Source: Camelus dromedarius
Lineage: Eukaryota
Assembly: GCF_036321535.1 (NCBI RefSeq)
Contig: NC_087437.1
Coordinates: forward strand, 83,640,001 to 83,704,000
Direction: 5' to 3'
Length of the DNA: 64,000 nt
Each line of letters opens with the position of its first letter. Position 1 is the stretch's first letter. A model generated the notes under the pieces. The model saw nothing but the letters and a program-made list of their open reading frames with translations. It was not told where the DNA came from and did no database searches. Position numbers and translations under genes: made by a program. Positions 52,281 to 64,000 of the stretch are shown here, in pieces.

Positions 52281-54309
52281 TATTTAGTTTCTGTGCTAAA
52301 CACTGTGCAGAATACACTCAAGAAAAAGGGAAACAACCAACTCTACCTGTTATTTATTCTTTATCTCCATCAAGAGGGATGGCATTTGTTGCTAACTGTA
52401 AGTATCTGCAAGGAGCGAGGGGGAATAAACTAGTTCTCCAATGGACCCCTGAAGTACATACTTCTGAAATCTTGTCTGTATACACCTGGGGATTCTGTTC
52501 TGGCATGGTGAAGAGAATTCCACGTGTCACAATGCCCAGTATTTGATCTCTTCTCACAACCACCACGGCATTTTCCTTACTGGTTGTGTAACACTAGCTC
52601 TTTCTGTCTTTGGGGGACTCTGCTTATCTGTAAATGGAAGATAATTCCTCACTGATTTATTTACTCGTCATGAAGCATTTAGTGCCAGGCACTGGGCTAG
52701 GACCTGTAGACACAGAGATAAATAATGCCAAGATCCTGTACTCAGTTTATTTATTGCTAATAAAAGCAGTTGCCACCCTTTTCAGACAAAGAAAATGAAG
52801 ATCAGAAAAGGCAGGAAAAATGTCCAGGGCAACACGGCCAGCCAAAGTGCCAGACCTAAGACTGGGATGCAAACCTCTGCCTTCAAACCAGTGCTTCTTC
52901 CATATTATAATTCTGCCCTCCTTTTGTCAACATTCAGTAAAGTATTATGAATAAAATATTCTATAACAATAAAGACATTCACGCATTAACTTTATCGTGC
53001 TATTCCCTTGAAATTTGTTGTTTCACTTTTTAAAGCATTAGAATGTCCTCTTTCAACTTTTAGAGGCAAAAGACCAGTGAAGGTAAATTTTCCACAGGGA
53101 AGAACATGTAGGTGGTGAAACAGTTTTATAAAGAAATCTTTTATGTCAAGAATTAGACGGTGAAGCAGCTTGCTTGTCACTATTTTTTTTCTTCTTAAGA
53201 CAATGACTCTTTATCAGTAAATGAATGAATAAGAGAAACATATAGTAGTTATTTTTACTAATTTGCTTTTATCTTAAAATTCATTAATAGTTTAACTGGT
53301 TTACATTTAAGTTAAATGAACATAAATTAATAATTCACTTAACACGCCAAAAAAACTAAGGACGGGTGCAGCATATAAAAGAGGCTAGAATACTCGTTCA
53401 GCCCATTTTGGGAGTGTTTTTTTAAATGGAAGCAGTCTGGGGAGGAAGGCCAGCAGCACCTGCACATGTGGGGCAGACTGACACAGTGAGGCGGAGACGC
53501 AGAGGGCCCCACGTCCTGTCAGTTCAGGCGACTATATTTGATGCTCTGGAAATGGATAACCCACCTCCAAGCCAAACTGCACACTGACAGGTTGATACCA
53601 ACTTCATCATGATCTAATTGGTGGATCCCTGGGAGCACTCTAGAACAGACGGCCCCATGGAAATTGTACACATAAATCAGCCGAAGTAAAAACTCCTTTC
53701 ACGACCCTGAAACATTTCTTGAGGTCTGGAACACATTCATCTTTTAAGGTTTTTACTACTGATGAAGAGACACAGCCACTTGCTCCTAGAAGCCATACGC
53801 TCTCGTGTCCTTGTCTTTCAGGTTACAGAAAATGGCCTTTATTTCTGTAAAGGGATATTGAAGTTGGGCTCTGTCTGTCTCAATTTCAGTCAAGGCCCAA
53901 GAAGGCCAAGGAGAAGACAATAACAGTAGGGATCCCACTTCATAAACCTCTCCTACGTTATAACAAGGCTTCAAAAGGGAGACTTAAACACAAAGGAACA
54001 AAGTCACTGGTTTTGTCACCTGTTGCTCAGCACCCAGACCATGGAGGAGGTTGGGGTGGAGAGAACTGTTTCTGGAGAATGTAGGTGGAGTGGCAAAGCT
54101 AGTGAGGGACCTCTATAGGAACACTGGGAGAATTTCCCTTTGCCATTGGAGTTTGGGGAAATACAAGGCACTTGCTTTGAATCCATGGCTGGAAAAGCTT
54201 AAAGGTGATACACTGGCTGGTTGCTACCTGTTCCAGTGAGAGGACACTAGTATATAATTCTAAATCTGAATTTAGTATTTAGTGCTAATATAAAACTGGT
54301 AATTTAGTG

Positions 54310-54540
54310 TCATAATTAGGAGCTATGACCACCAAGGTTTGAGTTTTGGCTCTCTCTCATCTCTGGGTCTTATAACTTTGGTAAAATCAATCTATGCTTC
54401 AATTTTTTTTTTTAACCTGTAAAAGTGAGGATAATCATAATCATACCACTCTTCTCTTCTTGGGAAAGTTCAAGAACTTAATACATGTAGACAATGCCTG
54501 GACCATCGTATGCCCTCTGTAAAAGTTAGTTACTGTAATT
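54310..54540 (+). mobile_element. MIR SINE (degraded)
   Basis: ggtttgagttttggctct...ctgtaaaagtgaggataat...acaatgcctggaccatcgta. Confidence 0.6.
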
Positions 54541-55132
54541 ATGATTATGTCAATATCTGGTTGTGTTTTCATTAACAGCAGGGCAAAGGAATGTATCTCT
54601 GAATCAGATGTGGGCCTTGTAGGATGGGACCAGCTTCATTTTTCTTTTTTCAAAGGCACTTTCTCCAAAAGTGTAAGATGCCAACAGAGAGGTGAACAGC
54701 TGGAAAACAGAGACTACCGAAATGATCGTGAGCTCTAAAAGGCACCGAATCTGTTAGGAAATCTTCAGGAAAGAGGTGTATAGTGATTGGGGGGGGGGGG
54801 TGGTCCCCAGAGCACCTATGAAAGTAATGAGAGAGTTTTAATTCCCCAGCATGTGACATCATCAATGCCAGATTGGGAGAGTACCAGTTAAGTCAAATCT
54901 TACCTATTCTTCTTCCCATGACTATGAAAGGGTCAGAGATCTTATACAGAAAGCTGGGAGGAAGAAGTCCTATCTTTCAAGATCACAGTAGAACAAGCAG
55001 CACCAAGAAAAGTGAAATTTTTTCTATTTGCGATCCATGATGTCTGGCTCTTTCAATCTAACAGTTTGGTGTCAGATATTATTCTGTGGTTTTGAATATG
55101 ATACAGAAAGTTATTAAGAAAATTATTAATTT

Positions 55133-56764
55133 GGGGAGATGGAGAAGATGGTGGAGTAGAAGGACGCTCGCAGGTCACCCTCTCCCACAAATACACCAAG
55201 ACTCACATCTACAGACCCACTCAGCCAACCAGAGCACCTGTGGAACTCCGACAGAACATCGCCCTCTTCAAAAGATAAAGACACCAAAAATCTGGTAGGA
55301 GAAAAGGAAAAAAGAAAGAACAAAAGGCAAAGCAGTGCGGGACAGGTCCTACCGGGAGGGAGCAGCAAAGGAGGACTGGCGCTCACTTGCTGGGTCTCCC
55401 CTCTCCAACTGAGAGGCCAGCGGGACAGAGGGGGAGCCTCCAAGGCTCGGATCTGTACAGAGCAGCCCTTGACTAACAGAACTAAGTTAAACGGGCACAG
55501 AGCGTCCCCCCGACACCCAGCCTGAGACGCGGGCCGGCAGCGGCGGGCAGGGCCAGGCTGCACAAGCCGGGCGGAGGACGGAAGTGGCTGCATGGAGGCA
55601 GCCCCGGGGGAACGCAAGGGGCTGCGCGCCGTGGCTGTGGGTGCACAGGGCAGAACAACCTGGGCCCTCCATAAAACAGCACGGTTGATGTGGTCTCGGG
55701 GGAAGGGTGCACACCCCTATCTCTGAAAACCCGCGGAAAGTTTTCGGGGGAAGAGAGGCGGGGCTCAGGCACAGCCGCCATATCCTCCGCGCTGAGCACT
55801 CAGGCGGGGGCGGGGGCGGGGGCGGGGGCGAAACCTGCACCTGCATCCGCACCGAAGGGCTTAGCAGCCTCAAAGGCCAGACTGAGACTGGACTGCAGCC
55901 CGGGGCAGATAGGATCCTTCCATCCTGGTCCCTCAGAGAACTTGCTCCACAAAGACAAACAAGGACCTGGGTTCTGGCTCGGAGCAGGGACAGGGCTGTC
56001 CCTCGGTCTTCCCCGAGCCCACCCGCGGAGCGCCGACCGGGGCGGAGCTCGCAGCTGCACAGAGAGCGGAACTACCGGCGGCGCAGGTAGAGGGAGAGCG
56101 GCCCCCCTGCCTTTCGGGCAGGAACACAGCCCCTGACCGAGGTGCTGGGAGGGGGCACGACCTGCCCTCCTACCTGGCCAGTCTGCAACATCTGACTGCG
56201 GCATCCGGAGGGGCAGCGACCTGCCCGCCCACAGCAGAGAGCTGCACCTGACCCAGTGTTAGGCCAACGGAGGGCCTCTGAAAACAGCAAGCTGAGCTTC
56301 CAAAACAGGACGAAGACAGAAAGACTTCACATTAAAAGCACACAGACTCCAGGAGAACACCGACAAACCCCCCCCCCCCCTTTTTTAATCTGTTTTTACC
56401 TGTTCTATTTTCTATTACTCTCTTAATCTTTACTTCTTAATTCATTTCTATTTCTCTTGGGTTTTGATGTCCTGCTATTGATTAGACACAGGTTTCAAAT
56501 ACATCTATTCATCTCCCCCCCCCTTTTTTGTAAAGGTTTTAAAAGGACGTCTCAACCCGATTAATACTCTGCTTCAACTCACTCTTCTATTATTCATTAT
56601 ACACTGTTTTCAAACCCTCTTTCTCCCTTCTTTTAAAATTCTTTCTCTCTCTTTTTTTTTTCTTTTTTTCCTAAGTTCTATTCCTAAATAGGCATCAGAT
56701 AGATAAAATCCTTAAGGACCAAAATAAACAACTGATACTCCATAAACCACAGTGCCAAAGAGGT
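55133..56764 (+). promoter_or_regulatory. L1 5'UTR internal promoter / CpG island
   Basis: YY1-like AAGATGG at 55145-55151; high CpG density ~55340-56300; (GGGGGC)4 GC-box / G-quadruplex-prone tract at 55806-55829. Confidence 0.85.
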
Positions 56765-57670
56765 ATGAGCAAGATGAAGAAGCAGAAAAACCTTTCCCAA
56801 TTGAAAGAACAAGAGAAATCCCCTGAAAGAAAGATCAACGAAATAGACATCGATAGCCTACTAGATCAAGATTTCAAAAAAGGAGTGATCGAATTGCTGA
56901 AGGAATTAAAAGAGATAGTGTTTAGAGATATAAAATATGTCAAAAATGAAATTGAAGCTATAAAGAAGAGCCAAGTAGAATGGGTAAACTCATTGACAGA
57001 GATGAGGAATGATCTAATAGCTGTGCAAAGCTGACTAGATAATGCAGAGGAACGAATTAGTGATCTAGAAGACAGGGCAATAGAAAGCACCCATTCAGAA
57101 GAACTACAAGAGAAGCAAATAAAAAATAATGAAAATAGCATAAGGGACCTATGGGATAATATAAAGCATCCCAATCTTCGCATAATAGGGGTCCCAGAAG
57201 GAGAAGAAAGATCAAAGGGGATTGAAAAGGTTTTTGAAGAAATCATGACTGAAAACTTCCCAAACTTAAAGAAGGAATCAGATATCCAAGTACAGGAAGC
57301 TCAGAGGGTCCCAAACAGGAAGAACCCAAATAGACCCACACCAAGACATATCATAATCAAGATGGCCAGAGTCAAGGATAAAGAAATGATTCTAAAGGCA
57401 GCAAGAGAAAAGCAAAGAGTAAGTTACAAGGGAACCCCCATCAGGCTGTCAGCTGATTTCTCTACACAAACACTACAGGCCAGAAGGGAGTGGCAAGATA
57501 TATTCAAAGCCCTGAATGAAAAAAAGATGCAGCCTAGGATCCTTTATCCAGCAAGGCTATCCTTGAGGATAGAAGGAGAAATAAAGAGTTTCACAGACAA
57601 AAAAAAAAAGCTGCAGGAGTTTAGCAACACTAAACCCATGCTAAAAGAAATATTGAAAGGGCTATTCTAA
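56765..57670 (+). pseudogene. L1 ORF1 (coiled coil-RRM-CTD) with one premature stop
   Basis: MSKMKKQKN...VQS*LDNAEERISDLEDR...PRHIIIK...ARREW...YPARL...; the 56765 and 57245 ORFs share a frame; TGA at 57032-57034 is probably CGA>TGA CpG decay. Confidence 0.95.
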
Positions 57671-58067
57671 ATAGAAAAGCAGCAGGATGCTACAGAAATG
57701 AGAAACACAACTGGAAAGGTGAAAACTCATGAATTACAAATAAAGTAAACATGAAATTATAAAAGAAGACATACAAATCACTGAGAGTGGGAGAGGGAGG
57801 CAGGGAAATATAGAATATTTTTTTCTTTCTTTTTAAAATTTTTTTAACAGTAGGATGGGTTTGAGATCATGTTACTATCAGTTTAATAAAAACAGTTATA
57901 GTAATGGGTTGATAGATTTACAAAAAAGGGTAACCACAAGCCAAAAATTTACAAAGGAGTCACAAAAATTAAATAAAATCCATGATAATACAAAGGAAAA
58001 TTACCAAACCACAAAAGGAAGAAGAAAGGAACAAAGAGGATATACCAATTCAACTGCAAAGTTCAAA

Positions 58068-61000
58068 ATGGCAATAAACACACATCTATCATTAATTACT
58101 GTAAATGTTAATGGACTAAATGCTCCAGTCAAAAGACACAGAGTGGCAGACTGGATAATAAAGCAAGAACCTTCAATATGCTGCATACAAGAGACCCACT
58201 TTAGGGAGAAGGACACATATAGATTGAGAGTGAAAGGATGGAAAAGGATATTCCATGCAAATGGAAAAGCCAAAAAAGCAGGTGTTGCAGTACTGATTTC
58301 AGACAAAATAGACTTTAAAACAAAGGCCATAAAGAAAGATAAAGAAGGACATTTTATAATGATTAAAGGAGTGATACAAGATGAGGATATTACACTCGTT
58401 AATATATATGCACCCAATATAGGAGCACCTAAGTACATACAAGAATTACTAACAGAGATAAAGGGGGATATTGATGGGAATACAATCGTAGTTGGAGATT
58501 TTAACACTGCATTAACATCACTAGACAGATCTTCCAGACAGAAAATAAACAAGGCAACAGAGAAATTAAATACTACAATAGAAAAACTAGATTTGGTGGA
58601 TATTTTCAGAGCATTACACCCCAAAAAAATAGGATATACATTCTTTTCAAGTGCACATGGAACATTTTCCAGGATCGATCATGTACTTGGGCACAAAAGA
58701 AACCTCAACAATTTTAAGAAGATAGAAATTATCTCAAGCATCTTTACTGACCACAATGCCATGAAACTGGAAATCAACAACAGAGAAACAAAGGAGAAAA
58801 AAAGGAAAGCATGGAGATTAAACAATATGTTATTGAAAAAACAATGGATCAATGAGGAAATCAAAGCTGAAATTAAAAAATACCTTGAGACAAATGATAA
58901 TGAAAGCACAACCACTCAAAACCTATGGGACACAGCAAAGGCAGTGCTAAGAGGGAAGTTTATAGTGATACAAGCCTTCCTCAAAAAGAACAATCTCAAA
59001 TAAACAATTTAACCCACCACCTGAATGAATTAGAAAAAGAAGAACAAAAAGCCCCAAAAAGCAGCAGAAGGAAGGAAATAATAAAGATCAGAGAGGAATT
59101 AAATACAATAAAGATTAACAAGACCATAGAAAAAATCAACCAAACCAAAAGCTGGTTTTTTGAAAAAGTAAATAAAATCGACAAGCCGCTGGCCAAACTC
59201 ACAAAGAAGAAAAAAGAGAGAGCACAAATTAGCAAAATAAGAAAGGAAAATGGAGAAATTACAACAAACAAAATAGAAATACAGAATATCATACGAGAAT
59301 ATTATGAAAAACTATATGGAACCAAACTGGATAACCTAGAGGAGATGGACAAGTTTCTGGAAACATACTGTCCACCAAAACTGAATCAAGAAGAATCTGA
59401 ACACTTGAACAATCCCATCACTAGAAAGGAAATAGAAATAGCAATTAAAAACCTCCCTACAAATAAAAGTCCAAGACCGGATGGCTTCACCAGGGAATTC
59501 TACCAAACATACAAAGAAGAACTCATACCAGTCCTTCTCAAACTCTTCCAGACGATTGAAAAGGAGGGAATACTCCCAAACTCATTCTATGAAGCCACCA
59601 TCACCCTGATACCAAAACCAGGCAAAGACACTCCAAAAAAAGAGAATTATAGGCCAATATCACTGATGAACATAGACGCCAAAATCCTCACCAAAATTTT
59701 CGCAAATAGAATCCAACAACACATAAAAAAGATTATACATCATGACCAAGTGGGGTTCATCCCAGGGACACAAGGCTGGTTCAACATATGCAAATCAATC
59801 AGTGTAATACATCACATCAACATGAGAAAGGACAAAAACCACATGATCATCTCAATCGATGCAGAAAAAGCATTTGATAAAATTCAACACCCATTTATGA
59901 TAAAAACTCTCGCCAAAGTGGGTATAGAGGGAACATATCTCAACATAATAAAAGCTATATATGACAAACCTACAGCCAGCATAGTACTCAATGGTGAAAA
60001 ACTCAAAAGCTTCCCACTAAAATCTGGGACAAGACAAGGATGCCCACTATCACCACTCCTATTCAACATAGTCCTGGAAGTCCTAGCCACAGCAGTCAGG
60101 CAAGAGAAAGAAATAAAAGGGATCCAAATTGGAAAAGAAGAGGTAAAAGTGTCATTATATGCTGATGACATGTTACTATATATAGAAAACCCTAAAAGGT
60201 CCACACAAAACCTACTAGAGCTGATTGAAGAATTCAGCAAGGTAGCAGGTTACAAAATTAACGTTCAAAAATCAGTTGCATTTCTTTACACTAACGATAA
60301 ATCAACAGAAGAAGAAAGTAAAGAAACAATCCCCTTTAAAATAGCACCCAAAGTCATAAAATATCTGGGAATAAATCTAACCAAGGAGGTGAAAGAATTA
60401 TACACAGAAAATTATAAACCATTGATGAAGGAAATTAAAGAAGACTTTAAAAAATGGAAATACATTCCATGCTCTTGGATTGGAAGAATCAATATTGTTA
60501 AAATGGTCACACTGCCCAAGGCAATCTACAGATTTAATGCAATCCCTATCCAATTACCCAGGACATATTTCACACAACTAGAAAAAATCATAATAAAATT
60601 CATATGGAACCATCAAAGACCTAGAATTGCCAAAGCTTAACTGGAGAGAAAGAAAGAGGCTGGAGGAATAACTCTCCCAGACTTCAAACAATACTATAGA
60701 GCTACAATCATCAAGACAGCATGGTATTGGTACCAAAACAGACATATAGACCGATGGAACAGAATAGAGAGCCCAGAAATGAACCCACAAACTTTTGGTC
60801 AACTCATCTTTGACAAAGGAGTCAAGAATATACATTGGAATAAAGACAGTCTCTTCAGCAAATGGTGTTGGGAAAACTGGACAGCAGCATGTAAAACAAT
60901 GAAGCTAGAACACTCCCTTACACCATATACAAAAATCAACTCAAAATGGATTAAAGACTTAAACATAAGACAAGATACAATAAACCTTCTAGAGGAAAAC

Positions 61001-61861
61001 ATAGGCAAAACATTATCTGACATACATTTAAAAAATTTTCTCCTAGAAGAAATAAAAGCAAGAATAAACAAATGGGACCTAATGAAACTTACAAGCTTCT
61101 GCACAGCAAAGGAAACCAGAAATAAAATAAGAAGAAAACCTATGGAATGGGAGAAAATTTTTGCAAGTGAAACCGACAAAGGCTTGATCTCCAGAATATA
61201 TAAGCAGCTCATACGACTCAATAAGAAAAAAATAAACAACCCAATCCAAAAATGGGCAGAAGACCTAAACAAGCAATTCTCCAAGGAAGACATACAAATG
61301 ATCAAAAAGCACATGAAAAAATGCTCAATATCACTAATTATCAGAGAAATGCAAATCAAAACTACAATGAGGTATCACCTCACACCAGTCAGAATGGCTG
61401 TCATTCAAAAATCCACAAATGACAAATGCTGGAGAGGCTGTGGAGAAAGGGGAACCCTCCTACACTGCTGGTGGGAATGCAATTTGGTGCAGCCACTATG
61501 GAAAACAGTGTGGAGATTCCTCAAAAGACTAGGAATAGACTTACCATATGACCCAGGAATCCCACTCCTGGGCTTGTATCCAGAAGGAAATCTACTTCAG
61601 GATGACACCTGCACCCCAATGTTCATAGCAGCACTATTTACAATAGCCAAAACATGGAAACAGCCTAAATGTCCATCAACAGGTGACTGGATAAAGAAGA
61701 GGTGGTATATTTATACAATGGAATACTACTCAGCCATAAAAACTGACAACATAATGCCATTTGCAGCAACATGGATGCTCCTGGAGAATGTCATTCTAAG
61801 TGAAGTAAGCCAGAAAGAGAAAGAAAAACACCATATGAGATCGCTCATATGTGGAATCTAA
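58068..61861 (+). pseudogene. L1 ORF2 (endonuclease / reverse transcriptase) with one frameshift and one in-frame stop
   Basis: MAINTHLSLITVNVNGLN..CIQETH..GDFN..RIDH..TDHN; frameshift near 58983-58990; QGCPLSP and YADD motifs; TAA at 60638-60640 with the same frame continuing to [18 protein letters not shown]. Confidence 0.95.
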
Positions 61862-61957
61862 AAAACAAAAACAAAAACAAACAAACAAACAAAAACAAAG
61901 CGTAAATAAAGGACAGAAATAGACTCACAGACAGAGAATACAGACTTGTGGTTACCA

Positions 61958-61979
61958 GGGGGGTGGAGGGTGGGAAGGG
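61958..61979 (+). other. G-rich (G-quadruplex-prone) tract of L1 3'UTR
   Basis: ggggggtggagggtgggaaggg; a polypurine G tract is a general feature of mammalian L1 3'UTRs. Confidence 0.7.
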
Positions 61980-62237
61980 ATAGACTGGGATTTCAAAATT
62001 GTAGAATAGACTACACTGTATAGCACAGGGAAATATACACAAAATGTTATGATAACTCACAGAGAAAAAAATGTGACAATGAGTGTGTATATGTTCATGA
62101 ATAACTGAAAAATTGTGCTGAACACTGGAATTTGACACAACATTGTAAAATGATTATAAATCAATAAAAAATGTTTAAAAAAATAAAATAAAATTACCAT
62201 TCACCTAGAAATACTAAAAAAAAAAAATTATTAATTT

Positions 62238-62393
62238 GGGGAGGAGGGTATATAGCTCAGTGGTTGAGTGCATGCCTAACATGCATGAGGTCCTGGGATC
62301 AATTTGCAGTACTTCCATTAAAAACAACTAACTAACTACCTAAGTAAACAAAAACCTAATTACCTCTTCCCAAAAAGTAAAAAGAAAAAAAAA
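62238..62393 (+). mobile_element. Vic-1-type camelid SINE (long form) directly abutting the L1 3' TSD
   Basis: ggggaggagggtatatagctcagtggttgagtgcatgcctaacatgcatgaggtcctggg...acttccattaaaa...cctaattacctc...A-rich tail. Confidence 0.88.
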
Positions 62394-64000
62394 TTCATTA
62401 ATTCAATGTAGCAAGTATCTTTTGAGTGCCTAATGTGTGCAAGATTCTGTGCAAAAGAGGATGCTGTAACAAAATTGATCAGCTTATATCCTGAAAAAAT
62501 TAGTTGTCACTCAACAACTGTTTTGTGATACGTCTGGTTGGTCAATGACTTGGGGCATAATGCATGTATCATTACAAAATGTCACCTGTAGAATGTAAAT
62601 ATACAGGATAACCAGTAGTCTTACAACAGACAGCTTCTTACAAGAAGTTCTCAGGTTTCTTAAAGATAGTTAAGCAGAACTAAGTCTGTGTCAAATGTCT
62701 GATTGAAGGACAAAGGATGACTTTTGGTTTCTACCGAGTCATCCACTCTCTCTACAGTAACAATATTAAAATTGACAGTGCTTTTACAACCTTACCTCGT
62801 GGACTCATCTCTCTTTAACTTGTTTTCAGTTTCAAAGGACATTTTAATATACTACTATACATGAGTTCTGGCACTAGAATATCACCAACCCTATTAATCA
62901 ACTGAACCTGCCTGTGGTTTTCCATGATGGTGTCATTTCTTGAGTAATATGAAATCAGATAATCTCTCACTGATGGTGTATCTCACTAAATCACTCTCTG
63001 AGTGCTGATAACATAATGACAATAACATATTAGCATAATTCATCATCACATGTACCTTTGCTCTGGGGATGTTTTATTGTAATGTATAATACACTGGCTG
63101 TCATGCTGATGATGTATTAAAGCAAGACTTCCTCAGGAAAAAAACGCACTTTGATGGAATAGTATTCATATCAGATGGTACTGCCCAGGGATAAACAGTT
63201 GAGGAAAGTTTGACTTCGTTTGCTATGGAATTCTCGTGAAGGTCAAAGGCACTACAAATAGTAAAAGATAGTTTGAAGACAACAGGGATCTATTTCTCTG
63301 TTACAGAATAGGTTCTAAAAGTTCATTTTTTGGTTTCAAGACGGTTAAGGCAGGTTTTTATCCCTAGTAAATATTTGATGTCCCTCGCACGCTGCAGTGA
63401 AGTTTCTGCAGCCCGCGGTACTGCTCAGCAAAATGACGCTCTTAAACCAGATGCAGAACTTGCTTGGGGCAGAAGTAAGGTGACTTCCAAGGACAGATTA
63501 AAAGTGAATGCCATATATTATAATCGTTTTCCAGCAATTTTGCCCCTTGAGCTACCCCACAGAATATTAGGCAAGGTACTCATAAATATCACTGATTTTA
63601 ACTGTGGCCTAGAGAGAGTAAGACTTCCTCTAGGTCATGTAATAGTGAGTGGGTAGAGTAGGGCTAGAAACTAGATTTTTGGGTAACTATTTCAGTGCTT
63701 GATAGAAAAAAAATCAAAATTAATTGTGGGTCATTTACAATTTAAATACTACAATAGGGTACACGTATGGGGATAATATGCTGAGTATTAAGGAGTGCTT
63801 TATTTCTGTTACCTTTGAAGGAGGCCTTCATGCAAATCAATGTCTATTTGACTGAGCACAACCCCAACCATATGGTAGAAGAAAATAATAATGATGACTA
63901 ATAATAATAACAGTGATGACGATGAAAACAGGTAACACTTACTGAGTGCTTACTGGACACTGTGATAGACGTTTTGCCTTTTCAGTTTGCCTAAACACTT

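Larger units (their letters stand above)
55133..62227 (+). mobile_element. Full-length LINE-1 (~7.1 kb, camelid lineage), antisense to EPHA6
   Basis: GC/CpG-rich 5'UTR, ORF1, ~400-nt spacer, ORF2 (endonuclease, RT with YADD, C-terminal Cys motif), G-rich 3'UTR, AATAAA, poly(A); perfect TSD aaaattattaattt at 55119-55132 and 62224-62237. Confidence 0.98.

Noticed and set aside
55482..56290. Other overlapping ORFs in the L1 5'UTR
   Set aside because: Expected from high GC content; low-complexity Pro/Gly/Ala peptides
58001..61359. Long minus-strand ORFs within the L1 (207, 186, 118 aa etc.)
   Set aside because: Typical antisense shadows of A-rich L1 coding sequence
35781..64000. Upstream EPHA6 kinase exon (HRDLAARN/DFG) or a nested gene
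   Set aside because: No such motifs found; the region appears to be part of one long intron
1..64000. CRISPR array, operon or other prokaryotic-type system
   Set aside because: Sequence is mammalian with spliceosomal introns; no regularly spaced repeat-spacer array or foreign insert was seen

Overview
Mammalian genomic DNA, almost certainly camelid (two Vic-1-type tRNA-derived SINEs). The window holds the 3' end of the receptor tyrosine kinase gene EPHA6 on the minus strand. Four coding exons (35631-35780, 20643-20836, 9660-9809, 8502-8616) splice in frame through GT-AG sites and encode the kinase C-lobe, the SAM domain and the ...GFHV PDZ-binding tail. An AT-rich, transposon-poor putative long 3'UTR follows at 1-8501. 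The introns carry ordinary old eutherian repeats (L2, MIR, MER3, MER20, MER53, MADE2, MLT1, an ERVL-type LTR). They also carry one young full-length ~7.1 kb LINE-1 (55133-62227, antisense to EPHA6) with only three visible disabling lesions. I see no demonstrably new biological system. The best leads are all hypotheses needing RNA or comparative data: (1) a 177-nt, phase-matched, stop-free candidate cassette exon between the kinase and SAM domains; (2) an ORF0-like antisense ORF in the L1 5'UTR with two phase-0 donors compatible with fusion to EPHA6; (3) a short 3' transduction tag and a target site present in three copies around the L1 and adjacent SINE; (4) a competing upstream acceptor that introduces a stop; (5) a CTCF motif in a CpG micro-island; (6) a MER53 hairpin carrying a miR-1302-like arm in the EPHA6 sense. 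Repeat family names come from my recollection of consensus sequences, and boundaries of old repeats are approximate.
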